DNA of 64,000 bases from Candidatus Bathyarchaeota archaeon (GCA_963767735.1 CAVYES010000004.1:64001-128000); one strand, 5' to 3'; positions 41,370 to 52,012 are shown, counted from the first letter of the stretch. The notes: generated by a model from the letters alone, not told the origin. Program-made: numbers and translations.

Positions 41370-41669
41370 TTATTTGACATTGATGGTTTTTGTTTTACTT
41401 GTCACTATTAGCACCTGCTCAGCCAGATACTGCTCCAATAACTCAGGTGACAAAATATTTTCTGAGCTTTTACTTTCGGCCTCGTGTTCGGCTACGTGGT
41501 TTTTTATTGCTTGGTCCATGGCTTTCAAATCTGGAGTCACTAAAATTTCGGTGCCGCAACGACATTTAATGGCCGGCATGCTTTTTTCATGAGCAAAGGA
41601 TTGGCCGTTGTGCTCTTGCTCAGAGTTAAGATTAGCTTCTTGAACGCTTTTTTTGTCCATAACATTCAT
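41370..41669 (-). CDS. C2H2-like zinc-finger microprotein, family copy D
   Basis: IKCRCGTEILVTPDLKAMDQAIKNHVAEHEA...LAEQVL. Confidence 0.8.
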   Translation of the reverse strand: MNVMDKKSVQEANLNSEQEHNGQSFAHEKSMPAIKCRCGTEILVTPDLKAMDQAIKNHVAEHEAESKSSENILSPELLEQYLAEQVLIVTSKTKTINVK

Positions 41670-42023
41670 CCTAAAATGTCAACTTTTAATTTTGATAGAA
41701 TAAGCTAGGTTTTAGCTACCGCAGCAACTTATAAGAGTTTGTTGTAGGCTTGACACAGTCACAAACACGCCGTATTTGCTAATAATTCTCTCAATTTAAA
41801 AGGCTTTAAATTCATTTTTGTGTCTAAATGCACAGTTTTGTTCAGAAAAAGTGTAATTATTTGAATTAGGTAACAGCAAAATGCGCAAGGCTTATAAATA
41901 CTTTGACACTACTTTGAAGCAGGCAAGCTTGAGGTTTGAACTTCCCTATGGCGGGTGTTGCCCAGAAAGCCACCAGATACCCCAATAATGCCCGAATTAA
42001 AAATTGATGAATAGAGAGAAGGC

Positions 42024-42323
42024 ATGCGGATGAGACGATCAAAACTTGAAACGTATGTTGCTATCCTTAACGTGTTGGCGCATAGAGGTCCTTTGAAGCT
42101 AACTCACATCACATACAAAGCTAACGTCAACTGCAGCGTACTCAAAGATTTTATGGATTTTCTGGTTAAAAATGACCTAGTAGAAAAACGGTTAGTGAAA
42201 AGGAGCCATGCGGTTTTTGCAATCACGCAACGCGGCGTCAACGTGTTGAAGTACTTCCGAGAACTTACACAAGTATTGCCAATCGTGGAGGAAGCCCGAA
42301 GTCAAACAAGTAGAGCATCATAA
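42024..42323 (+). CDS. Winged-helix transcription regulator (archaeal HTH_45-like)
   Basis: RRSKLE.Y..IL, THITYKANVN, ITQRG. Confidence 0.88.
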   Translation: MRMRRSKLETYVAILNVLAHRGPLKLTHITYKANVNCSVLKDFMDFLVKNDLVEKRLVKRSHAVFAITQRGVNVLKYFRELTQVLPIVEEARSQTSRAS

Positions 42324-42459
42324 AATTACTGAATCGCTCGAATTGAAATCTATCTATTACTATAATGTGCATTAAAATGTTCTCCCTCTGGAATCGATAG
42401 TCAAGTGCACTCATTAACTTTTAATAAAAGATAAGTTGATGCACGCTTAACGCCTACGA

Positions 42460-42744
42460 TTACCTAAAGAATTTTTTTGGGCGTTTTTGGGGTTTGAGAA
42501 CAATCGGGGTTATGGTACTTTTGACGCCTTGAATCTTCATGATTTTCTTTTGCAAGACGTTTCGGAACTCCTCTATGCTCGAAGCTGAAACTATTGGGAC
42601 TATGTCAAATTCGCCTTTGACGTCATAGATTTCATCGATGTTTTCGAGTTTTGAGAGGGCGTCTATAACTTTGGCCTTCTAGGTTGGATCAACAAAGATG
42701 TTAACTGAGGCCTCAAATAGGTCATGGTTATTGTGGGTATCCAT
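42460..42744 (-). pseudogene. Lrp/AsnC ligand-binding domain gene interrupted by an in-frame TAG
   Basis: MDTHNNHDLFEASVNIFVDPT*KAKVIDALSKLENIDEIYDVKGEFDIV...KIQGVKSTIT; TAG at 42679-42681. Confidence 0.8.
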
Positions 42745-42950
42745 TTTGCTTCATCGCAAAGCCCTTAGCTCCCAGGCGGCTTTTGAGCTTTTTTGAGAAT
42801 TTAAACGCGCTAATTTGCAAAGCATACTAAACGAGCGTTGAGATTAAATCTAAGACTAATTTATGTTAGTTATGACAGTTACTTGATTTCAATATGTTTT
42901 TTCTTGCCTATCTTGGTCACGTTTTGAAGAGCTTTCGGTTGTTTGTCAAG

Positions 42951-43151
42951 CTAATTTATGTTTGAAGAATTAATCTTGCTTGCCACCGTTAAAACCTGCT
43001 CGGTTAAGAACTCCGCTAATACCTCAATTGTGTCCAAACCATCCCTCGCTTGCTTATGTTCTGTTACATGATTTTGTATAGCGATGCTCATCGCCTTCAA
43101 GTCAGGCAACACTAAGGTTTCAGAGCCACATAAACATCTGACAATAGGCAT
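42951..43151 (-). CDS. C2H2-like zinc-finger microprotein, family copy E
   Basis: MPIVRCLCGSETLVLPDLKAMSIAIQNHVTEHKQ...LTEQVL. Confidence 0.8.
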   Translation of the reverse strand: MPIVRCLCGSETLVLPDLKAMSIAIQNHVTEHKQARDGLDTIEVLAEFLTEQVLTVASKINSSNIN

Positions 43152-43271
43152 ACTTTTTTTGCTGCGGCGAACAAACTTTCATCACATGCTCTTTTTCGCG
43201 CGGCGCGCTAATAAATGTCGGGCAATAACAATTATACCAGACGAATCCCATGTTCTCTATGAGATTATTTT

Positions 43272-43673
43272 ATGTTGAAATATGCAGCTTCAAAAGAACA
43301 GAATATTTCAGAATTAAAAATCATGAAGATCATGAGCTCAGTCCCGCACGATAAGGGATTCCATTTTTTCACTGATCTGGACCGCAACACAGGCGAGACT
43401 GCTACTAGTTTAGTAACATTCGCTCAAAAACTCGAAAGAATAAATGCCGATTCCCTCAAGTTCCATCTTCAAAGAAAAGATTTTCAAAACTGGATAAAAA
43501 CCGCTGTGGGAGATGATGTATTGGCTGAAAGAATTAACCACATAAATATGCAGCTTCCTGTTGAAGATTTGAGGAATGAACTAGTTCAAACCGTGCAGAA
43601 CCGCATCTCTTATCTAAAACTTCTATATGGCGAATCAACCCCTTCACAAGGTGAATCGATCCGCTCAAAATAA
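43272..43673 (+). CDS. DUF5752-family protein
   Basis: FHFFT.....TG..A.SL..F, SLKFHLQRKDFQNWI...GD..LA. Confidence 0.8.
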   Translation: MLKYAASKEQNISELKIMKIMSSVPHDKGFHFFTDLDRNTGETATSLVTFAQKLERINADSLKFHLQRKDFQNWIKTAVGDDVLAERINHINMQLPVEDLRNELVQTVQNRISYLKLLYGESTPSQGESIRSK

Positions 43674-43914
43674 AATATACCACACTTAAGGATAAAATAC
43701 GGTTAATTATAAATCAAAGAGTCTCAGCGGCGCACCTGCCTTTTTTCGTACGCTTAGTTTTGATACGTTACATTTTATGAAATATACTTTATATGTTTTC
43801 TTTCCTATTGCTTGGCTTAAGGAAGAGGCACCGGAGAAGTGGGAAGGGGTCTCAACAAATTTTGCGTAGAAAGGAAAACGTGCAGATTAAAACAGGTGGA
43901 GAGTTAAATTTAGA

Positions 43915-44103
43915 ATGACCCAAAAAACTACAGAAGAAATTCGAACACTTCTAAAAAACGCCAAGCTTGATTTTGAGTCAGTAGAAAATAGAGCATTGAA
44001 CAATTATCTTCCAAAAATATTTCGCAGTTGTCCCTTTACAGATGATGTGTGCACAACAAAACAATGCTTAGAATGTGAAGTCTTCAATAGTATCCATAAA
44101 TGA
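43915..44103 (+). CDS. Small Cys-rich protein
   Basis: CPFTDDVCTTKQCLEC; GGAG RBS. Confidence 0.65.
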   Translation: MTQKTTEEIRTLLKNAKLDFESVENRALNNYLPKIFRSCPFTDDVCTTKQCLECEVFNSIHK

Positions 44104-44215
44104 GCAAACTTTCCATATTTGAACGCCCTTTATTTGAGCGAAGAATAAATTTTTATAAAATTACAAGTTTTCTTTGATAAGTGTCTATCAAGCACAATTT
44201 AACTCAATTTTAGAA

Positions 44216-44356
44216 TCATTTAAACTCGCATAAATGTTGTTGGGAAAGACGGCAGATAGACTGCAGCTTTAAAGCGAAATGCCAATGAGAAAAGGCCGAA
44301 ACGTTGTCACACTTCAGCAAAATTTCGCGGCCACATAAACATCTTACGGTAGGCAT
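44216..44356 (-). pseudogene. Decayed zinc-finger microprotein copy F
   Basis: MPTVRCLCGREILL matches copy E, then similarity stops and the H-x3-H pair is not at the family spacing; upstream leader is frameshifted. Confidence 0.65.
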
Positions 44357-44442
44357 CCTAGTTTTATTAGGGTCAAAGTTATCATTGCGGTCTGCGTCAA
44401 GTTTAAAGTTGATTCCTTTGCGATTTGTTTTTTCATGTCAAC

Positions 44443-44787
44443 TCAACCAGGTTTTTGATTTTGCCACAATTTTCTGGGGCTATAATTGTTTTTTTGGTTA
44501 AACATTTTCAAACGCTTCTCGACTTCCACTTTAATCTCAAAGTCTCTTTCTTTGATTAAAGCCTTAGATAAGAGGCGCTTAGCTAGTGGAACGCTTTCTT
44601 CTCCGAAAATCTTTCCAAATGTGGATCGCCCCTTAATTAAACCTTGAATTTGAGGTAACACGCAAATAAAATTCAATGGGTAATCCTTGGAAGTATCAGA
44701 ATCAACTACTACAAAATGGACCTCCGTTTTCTGATTTTCAATTGTTCTACCAATTTCTTTTTTTAAGAAGTATAGATTGGGTTTCAT
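44443..44787 (-). CDS. Hypothetical protein
   Basis: 114-aa ORF with AGGTG RBS. Confidence 0.7.
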   Translation of the reverse strand: MKPNLYFLKKEIGRTIENQKTEVHFVVVDSDTSKDYPLNFICVLPQIQGLIKGRSTFGKIFGEESVPLAKRLLSKALIKERDFEIKVEVEKRLKMFNQKNNYSPRKLWQNQKPG

Positions 44788-44849
44788 TCGGTTCGCACCT
44801 TTTAAAAACTGTTTGAAAAACTAATTAGTTTTAGTGATTTATTTTCTTG

Positions 44850-44868
44850 TTGACATTATTAATGTCAA
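44850..44868. promoter_or_regulatory. Perfect palindrome TTGACATTA-T-TAATGTCAA, candidate operator
   Basis: 9-bp arms, 63 nt upstream of the 44787 start. Confidence 0.5.
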
Positions 44869-45176
44869 AGGAAAAAAATGACTAATCAATCATTTAGGTA
44901 GAAATGTCAACTTGGACAGAACAAAAACCGAATTAAGACGTAAAAAAGCCCATTTGGCACATATTTTAATTAATAGATACGCTGCCTTGTCCCGATATTA
45001 TGTTTGATAGTAAATTCTTTTCTATTTTTTCCTTCCATTTCCTTTCTAAGGCTTAGGACTCTTGGCGCGCGCGAAACGCAAAATTAAGCTCATTTTTTCA
45101 GTTTTTCGCGTAAACGTTCGCACCGTTTTTTTTCGCACTCTGGATAACCTTCCTTTGTATGAATTAACTCCAAAAT

Positions 45177-45344
45177 CTATGCGGTCTTCAAATCCATCGA
45201 CTCACCCAAATATTCGCTTTCAAGCAGTTCTTTGAAGCTTAAATGAATAAAACCTATGTCTTCAAACTGTTCCTTCAACTTTGCCAAAATCTCTTCAGCA
45301 CTGATGCTGGTCTTGGCTAACTCTTTAACGAACAAAATCCCCAT
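45177..45344 (-). CDS. Possible small protein or gene remnant (55 aa)
   Basis: MGILFVKELAKTSISAEEILAKLKEQFEDIGFIHLSFKELLESEYLGESMDLKTA. Confidence 0.35.
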   Translation of the reverse strand: MGILFVKELAKTSISAEEILAKLKEQFEDIGFIHLSFKELLESEYLGESMDLKTA

Positions 45345-45600
45345 CTTCTACACTGAACAGTTCCCGCAACTGTTTCGGAACAATAACCTTACCCCCAGTA
45401 AAAACCCGAACCACAAACTCCTCCACGACAACCACCAACGACAAAAAACAATAAAAAGTACGTAAAAGTTACCAAATTACTCCGCCCAAACCAAAAAAAC
45501 CCAAAGCAACTTGAACAAAAAATGCAAAAATAGCCTATGGATGATAAGATTTTTAAGCTGTATAGCGGTTTTATACTAAAACTTTGGTACGAGCAGAAAC

Positions 45601-46180
45601 ATGCTGAAAAAGAAATTTGCTTTATTTTTGGTTGTTGTTTTTTGGTCTGTTCCATATTTTTTTCAGTATATCTTACTTCAAATTCAAACAATCAAATATA
45701 CTGGGGTGCTTGGGTAGGTGAAAATGACAGAATGCCCTTGTCAACAATACAAGCATTTGAGAATCAAGTAGGAAAAGGTATGTCTATATGGAATTGGATG
45801 CAATGGTGGACAGGACCAACAGACCAAGTTCAAGACCCGAATTTTAATTCTACTTGGATGGATGAATGCCGAAATGCAGGGATGATTCCTATGATAAGTT
45901 GGGGTCCCTTCTTCCATCTATATTGCAGGAGTGTATCAGGGGTATGACGATATTCTTAGCGGGAAATGGAACGCTTATTTAGATGCATGGGGAAATGCTT
46001 CAGCAGCATGGGGTCATCCATATTTTGTTCGATTCTATTGGGAATTTAACGCTCAATGGGTAAATGAATCTATGTCGTTGGAGTTTTGGTAGTTATTATT
46101 GTCGCTATATTAATTTATAAAAGGCCGCGGACGCGAAACCTAACTGCGAAAACCTTAAGCCCACTTTATTTTTTTAGCCC
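45601..46180 (+). pseudogene. GH26-like secreted glycoside hydrolase remnant
   Basis: Signal peptide from ATG 45601, frameshift in a T6 run, YWGAWVG...FENQVGK...IPMISW, second frameshift near 45910, GHPYFVRFYWEFN, then an abrupt junction to a TM/basic tail. Confidence 0.75.
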
Positions 46181-46392
46181 AAAAATTTTTTAGCCGCTTA
46201 AATGTTACTAAGTGAGTTTTTGAATACAACAACAATATTTGAAATTAACGGTAAATGTTATTATTAGAGGGTAACACAAGGTACAAACAAAAATTTTAGC
46301 CCTGACTTCTTAAAGATAAACTGAGAAGACGTTTTTATAGCCTTTGCACAATCACAGAAACAGCTTGTCAATAAGTCAATCGAATAAAGACT

Positions 46393-47028
46393 TTACACTT
46401 CCTCCATCACGCTTTGGATCCATGATTGCGCAATTAAAGCGTGTCCTGCTAAAGTAGGATGTACTCCGTCTATAGCCCAGAATGAAGGAACCCGCTTGGC
46501 GCACGCTTTTATAAAAATATCGTTTAAGGGAATTAGTTTGGTTTGAAATTCTCGGGATAGTTCTTTGACTACTTCTATTTTTTTGTTCAGCTCTTCAGTG
46601 ACTTCGAGAAAGTCCTCGTGGGAATGGACAAGAAATGGCTCCAGCAGGATTATTTTGCATTGTAACTGCTGGGTTTGTTCCAGAATGCTTTTGTAATCTG
46701 CTTGGAAACTTTCCGTTGGAGTTGAACTTTTCCAAAAAGGCAGACCCAGATCGTTGACGCCTATCAATATCGAGACTAAATTGGGTCTGAGGTCTAAACA
46801 GTCTTTTTTCCAACGCTTCCTTAGGTCCCTGATCTGGTTTCCGGCAATTCCCCGATTATAGAATTTTGCATGATATTCTGGATGTAATGCAGATAGCCAT
46901 GCCGCTGTCATCATTACATAGCCATCTCCAAGCGATTCGTTTTGATTGCGTTTTCTTCCTGAATCCGTTATACTGTCACCCTGAAACAAAACTGTCGAAT
47001 TATCCATTAAACTTAGTTTCTTTGACAA
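46393..47028 (-). CDS. SGNH/GDSL hydrolase
   Basis: GDSITD, NRGIAG, IGVND, DGVHP. Confidence 0.93.
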   Translation of the reverse strand: MSKKLSLMDNSTVLFQGDSITDSGRKRNQNESLGDGYVMMTAAWLSALHPEYHAKFYNRGIAGNQIRDLRKRWKKDCLDLRPNLVSILIGVNDLGLPFWKSSTPTESFQADYKSILEQTQQLQCKIILLEPFLVHSHEDFLEVTEELNKKIEVVKELSREFQTKLIPLNDIFIKACAKRVPSFWAIDGVHPTLAGHALIAQSWIQSVMEEV

Positions 47029-47508
47029 ATAAAATGCCTCGTCTATTACTTGATGCCTTTTTCTCCCGAATTTTTCTAATTAACTCCTCGGGATACAAAT
47101 TGAGGCAGACTTTTATTGATTATTCTCTTTCGCAAATGCTACAGAGCGCTATCGTCTATTATCAAAAACTGCCACTCCCTGGAATGTACCTTTTACGCGA
47201 CTTTGAGAAAACTAAAATAAAAGAAGAAACTTTCACCTTGATTTTAAAGGCAATCACGAAGCGGCGATTATGCCGCAAGGGCAGGTTCTAATGAGAACTT
47301 CATTGCTTAATCTTTCAAAGTTTTCCATATCACTCTACCCCACAATTTTTACATTCAAGGAACTTATGAACAGCTGTTTTTTTTCCTCAGTTTTACTATC
47401 CTGCGTTATGCAGATTTAAGACCTATCATCAATGAAAAATAGTGGTTCTGTTTTGTTACCGAGTGCATCTTAAGGCTTTCTAATACTTTATAAACTTAAG
47501 CTAAAATA

Positions 47509-47712
47509 CTAAATTCTTTTCTCACTAAGTTTCAGTTTTTCAAGTTTCTTTTTATTAGCGTTTCTTCTATTAGCTATGAAAATGCCCCATTGTTTTTTAT
47601 TGTAGAGAGCTTGACATCGGTTACTATGAAAGAGCTTATTTTCATCATAAGTCTCAAAGACTATTCCGCAAGGACATTTTCTAATAATGATTGTGTCGGA
47701 TAACAGCGTCAA
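47509..47712 (-). CDS. Small Cys/His zinc-binding protein
   Basis: CPCGIVF......LFHSNRC and a basic tail. Confidence 0.6.
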   Translation of the reverse strand: MTLLSDTIIIRKCPCGIVFETYDENKLFHSNRCQALYNKKQWGIFIANRRNANKKKLEKLKLSEKRI

Positions 47713-48057
47713 TTCCCTGACTAACTCTACTATAGGCTGTGCAGTTTAAGTTTTTGCATTTTTAGCCTTTTCTTCTTGCTCCACAGTTAGGACAGAAAAT
47801 AGATGTTTGAGGCATCAAACCATTCAGTAAGCACATGGAATCAAAACAACTTCTCGAACAACCTCTTTATTTGAAACTGGAGGCTTGGTAAGTAAATTTG
47901 ACCACCATTACTGCCTATAACATATCTGTACCCTTTTATTGTAACGTACCTTACGAGATTTCCATGTTGCAAAACAGATACCTTTAAACAACAATCTTTA
48001 TTTCTGTGATATAGTCTTACTTACTAATTCATACATGTGAAGAAGCGGAGGGTAAAC

Positions 48058-48189
48058 ATGTTATCTCGCGATTGTGACGGGTGCGAAAGACAACTTTCTG
48101 AGTGTAAACGTCGTTTTACAAAGGTTTCTTTAGGTGAGAAAGTCTTTTGTCCCGATGGCACAGCCCATCTAGTTGACTGCAAAAGCTAA
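48058..48189 (+). CDS. Small Cys-rich protein (43 aa)
   Basis: GGAGG RBS; MLSRDCDGCERQLSECKRRFTKVSLGEKVFCPDGTAHLVDCKS. Confidence 0.6.
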   Translation: MLSRDCDGCERQLSECKRRFTKVSLGEKVFCPDGTAHLVDCKS

Positions 48190-48377
48190 TATCGCCAAGC
48201 AATATTGTTTTCTTTGCAGGTAGGCATCATCAATAAAATGCCTTTTTCTTGCTTCGTAACGCCTTTCGAGGTTTTCTTCACAAACCTTTGCTCTTTGGCT
48301 TAGAATTCGCCTAAAAAATATAGCCAAACTGGTTTTCGATTTAGGATTACAGAGAAATAAAATTGAAGATTCTATTT

Positions 48378-49271
48378 TTATTTTCTTGGCAAAAGTTCAG
48401 CAAGCTCAGCACTTGCAACGCATAATGCGGTATCTGCGCCGCCGTAGTAGATCAGAAGTTGATCGTCCATTATTGTTTGCCCACAACTGAAAACTACGTT
48501 AGGAACTTTTCCGTAGCGTTCATAATCTTCTGTTGGCGTTAGGATCGGCTCTTCGGATCTGTAGAGAACTTGCTCAGGGTCATTCTTATCCAATAGTGCG
48601 ACTCCTAAAGAGTAAACTCTGTCCACACTTACGCCATGATAAATTAGAAGCCACCCTTCATTTAGCAGGATAGGCGGTCCTGCAGCACCTACCTTCCAAG
48701 AATCCCAACCTTTGTCGCGTGTACCCAAAATGTATTTTAAGCCATACCAACGACGCAGATCGGGAGACCGTGCAATGCACAAATCAGGTTCTAATCTGTG
48801 AAACATCACGTAGTCGCCGTGGAACTTCTGAGGAAACAACACTGCATCTTTATTGTGGATTCCTGGGAAAGCTAAAATTCTTTCTCCCCATTGCCATTTT
48901 CTACCCAAAAAATCGTCTTTGTTAATGGACGTTATTGCAATTTGGTAAACTTGATGCTGATAGTGGATTCCAAATGCTGTGTATGCCATAATCAGTGAAT
49001 TGTCAAATAGGCTTAGTCTTGGGTCTTCGCATCCTTGGCATTCTGCTTCATTCGCTGGACTGAAAACTGGTAGCGGTAAACGTTCATCAATATTGTAGCC
49101 ATCCGAAGATGATGCTAATCCTATGCGCGAAATATTATCAGTGCCCATAGCTCTATAAAGAATATGGACGCGGTTGTTAGATGCGAAAACTGCTGCATTG
49201 AAAACTAAGCTTGATTCCCAAACATGCTTTCCTACAGGCTCAAGAATAGGGTTGCGCGAGTAACGTTTCAT
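48378..49271 (-). CDS. GH130-like glycosidase/mannoside phosphorylase (5-bladed propeller)
   Basis: NPIL, VFNAA, LYRA, GCEDPR, NKDAVLFP, GWLLIYHG, VPNVVF, YYGGAD. Confidence 0.9.
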   Translation of the reverse strand: MKRYSRNPILEPVGKHVWESSLVFNAAVFASNNRVHILYRAMGTDNISRIGLASSSDGYNIDERLPLPVFSPANEAECQGCEDPRLSLFDNSLIMAYTAFGIHYQHQVYQIAITSINKDDFLGRKWQWGERILAFPGIHNKDAVLFPQKFHGDYVMFHRLEPDLCIARSPDLRRWYGLKYILGTRDKGWDSWKVGAAGPPILLNEGWLLIYHGVSVDRVYSLGVALLDKNDPEQVLYRSEEPILTPTEDYERYGKVPNVVFSCGQTIMDDQLLIYYGGADTALCVASAELAELLPRK

Positions 49272-49307
49272 CTCTTTTTCTCCAGTGTCAATTTGTTTTG
49301 TAGTTAC

Positions 49308-49682
49308 TTACAGTCCACTTAGTTCATCCAAAATGTTCCTAACAGATATCAAGCCCACTAGTTTCCCGCTTGCGGTTATCACGGGCAAATGCCGAACCTT
49401 AGCGGATTTGATGATGTTTTTTGCTTCATCGAAAGTGGAATCTTCGTTAACTGTAAAAGGGTTTTTAGTCATGATTTTTTCTATCGGCGCATCTAAAGGC
49501 ACGTTTTGCGCCACGACTCTTATAGCATCCCTCTCGGTGAAAAGACCTATGCATTTCTGTTCATCGTCGACAACAACAATGCACCCAACGTGTCTTTTGA
49601 AAAGAAGCTCAATTGCCTCCTTTATGGGCACGTTTCCATATATAGTAACTACGTCTTTTAACATTAGGTCACGAGTCATCAT
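49308..49682 (-). CDS. CBS-domain pair protein
   Basis: GLFTERD, IMTK, VRHLPV, LVGLISVR. Confidence 0.92.
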   Translation of the reverse strand: MMTRDLMLKDVVTIYGNVPIKEAIELLFKRHVGCIVVVDDEQKCIGLFTERDAIRVVAQNVPLDAPIEKIMTKNPFTVNEDSTFDEAKNIIKSAKVRHLPVITASGKLVGLISVRNILDELSGL

Positions 49683-49790
49683 ATAGTTTGATCTCCAGTT
49701 TTAATCCGAGTTTCCGAATTAATAAATGATGTGAATTATGTTTAAGCTTTGAATTTTTAGCTGTCATATTTGAATCTTAATTTCTAAATT

Positions 49791-50838
49791 TTACTTTTTT
49801 GACTGATATTTTTTTATCTCTTCCAAGTTTAAGCGAGCTTGGAGGTAAGCTAAGGTGGCTTCAGCGCCTCTGTTTTGGTTTAAGCCTTGGGGTGTTATGC
49901 CGTCGCAGCAGCTTCCGTTTTCTGGATCATACAATATTAGACCTTTCAGGTTTCTACCAAAAAACCATTCAAAGGCATCGTAGGCTGCTTGGAGGTAAGC
50001 TTCTTCGCCGGTGTTTCTGAAAGCAACTATTGCTGCTTCTGTGGTGCAGGATGCTTCAACGGATTGTTGATCGTAGATTGCTCGGGCAGATCCTTTTCTA
50101 TACCAGCCACGATTTCCTATGGGTACGAATATATTGTTTATTGTTTGGGTACTTATTAGAAATTTCATAGATTTGGTTGCTATTTGGAGGTACCGATTTT
50201 TTCCAGTAGCTTCGTAGGCTAAGAAAAGCGAATGAGGCATTCTCGCATTGGAGTAGGTTAGATATGATTCAAACCATTCCCAATCCTTAGATGATTCCAA
50301 TTCAAATTGCTTGGTCAGCTGATCAGCAAGGGCAACAATGTTTAGGTTTACATTTTGATCGTTCTGGATAAGCTTTTTGGTAATTAAACAATCCCATAAT
50401 TGAGTACGCTTTTGCTCTCGGTGAGGTAAAACTTGAAGTCCATTTGAAAACTTTGTCAAAAATCTCTTTAGACATGAGTTTTGTTTCATCGGATAATTTT
50501 GAGTTCAAGCAGTATCCGCATGCCCAAAGTGTCCGGCCCATGCAATCCTCGGAGCCTGTTTCATCCAAAAGTTTGCGGTCATAGCCGAGGTAGTTGTGCA
50601 TTTTGCCGTCAGATTTCTGCATATAGAGTAACAAACATAGGTAGGTGTCAATTAGTTTCTTGACGCTTGTGTCATTGAACAGCATGAGGTAATTTGTACA
50701 TGCAATTAGAGCTCTTGCGTTGTCATCTGTTGTGTATCCTTCTTTTTTATTAGGTGTTGAGTATTTCGAGTGCTGGAGTATTCCTACGTCGTCTGTCAGT
50801 GTTCTGACAAAATCTAGTTTTATGGGTAGTATTGTCAA
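49791..50838 (-). pseudogene. Six-hairpin glycosidase-like partner of GT4, split by a +1 frameshift
   Basis: GAGGT RBS and TTG 50838; LTDDVGILQHS, YTTDDNARAL, EDCMGR; extra base at about 50364 (YP|NDQN); then WFE..LTYSNAR, DQQSVEA, NQNRGAEATL. Confidence 0.8.
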
Positions 50839-52012
50839 CTTGGGGAACCTCTTTATTGTCAATTATTGTTTTAATTAGGTTTACATATTTTTTTGCTACG
50901 TTTTTCCAAAGGAAGCGTCTACTGTATTTGTAAGCTTTCTTTTGAACCCCATTGCGGAAATTTTCGTCTAAGAGCCTGGTTAGACCTTCTGCAATTGATG
51001 CGGGATCTTCAAATCTGCATAGTATTCCTCTATCGTTAGCCAAGACCTCTTGAGCGTGGTAGTAAGGAGTAGAAACTACAGCTTTTCCGGCGCCAAGGGC
51101 ATAGATAAGGGTGCCACTGCTGATTTGGTTAGGGGAAACGTAAGGGGTTAAGTAAATATCGGTTGCTTGAAGAAAATTTTTTAGTTCACTTTTGGTAACA
51201 AATCTGTTTGTGAATCTGACGTGTTCTTCTAAATCGAGTTCACTAACAAGCTCTGTAAGTCTATTTCGGTATTTTTCGCCCTCATTTTTTCTGACTTCAG
51301 GGTGCGTTTCGCCTATAATTAGATAAATTATTTGAGGCTCTTTCTTAATAACTTCTGGCAGAGCCTGAATAGCGTATTCGATTCCTTTGCAGCTGCTTAT
51401 TAATCCGAAAGTAGAAGCGACCAAACGTCCTTTTAGGCCTAGTGATTCCTTGATTGATTTGTTGTTTTTGTACTCTATGTTTGGACAACCATGGGGGATA
51501 ACAACGCATTTCTTGCAAGATATTCCTTGGTTTTTTAGGATGTTGATTGCGGCATGAGCAATTACAACTATTGATTCGCTTCCTTCAACTATGTATTTTA
51601 GAATTTCGATTGCTTTTTGATCAAAATTCGGTTGCACGGTGTGAAGGGTAGTAATTACTGGTTTTTTGACATTTTCTAAGAAGATTTTAATGTTTGATCC
51701 GTAGTCGCCTCCGTAGAGGCCGAACTCATGTTGAATAACTAATGCCTGAATATTTGATGAGTTTACGTATTCGGCTGCCTTAACGTAATCTTCAATTTTG
51801 TCTCGACTAATTTTTCGTTTAACTCGCCCAGCGTAATTATAAATCGCGCCTTTTTCATTTATCGCAATTACGGAAGACTTAAGCTCAGTTAGCTCACCGG
51901 AAGCATCAATTAAGTCTTTTGTGAAGTTTGCAATACCGCATTCTCTGGGGGGATAAGTGCTCAAATACCCTACGTGAGTTGGGCGACTATCCAAAAATTG
52001 TTTCTTGATCAT
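50750..52012 (-). CDS. Glycosyltransferase family 4
   Basis: STYPPRECGIANFT, QHEFGLYGG, IPHG, KGIEY, GETHP, SSGTL.YA. Confidence 0.92.
   Translation of the reverse strand: MIKKQFLDSRPTHVGYLSTYPPRECGIANFTKDLIDASGELTELKSSVIAINEKGAIYNYAGRVKRKISRDKIEDYVKAAEYVNSSNIQALVIQHEFGLYGGDYGSNIKIFLENVKKPVITTLHTVQPNFDQKAIEILKYIVEGSESIVVIAHAAINILKNQGISCKKCVVIPHGCPNIEYKNNKSIKESLGLKGRLVASTFGLISSCKGIEYAIQALPEVIKKEPQIIYLIIGETHPEVRKNEGEKYRNRLTELVSELDLEEHVRFTNRFVTKSELKNFLQATDIYLTPYVSPNQISSGTLIYALGAGKAVVSTPYYHAQEVLANDRGILCRFEDPASIAEGLTRLLDENFRNGVQKKAYKYSRRFLWKNVAKKYVNLIKTIIDNKEVPQVDNTTHKTRFCQNTDRRRRNTPALEILNT

Noticed and set aside
42679-42681. Genome-wide TAG reassignment
   Set aside because: Several conserved genes in the window end at TAG at their expected lengths.
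45389-45691. 100-aa Phe/Cys/Gly-rich ORF
   Set aside because: Low-complexity antisense reading of an A/C-rich tract and of the GH26 remnant.
46866-47291. 141-aa plus-strand ORF
   Set aside because: Overlaps the SGNH gene and its promoter on the opposite strand; no motifs.
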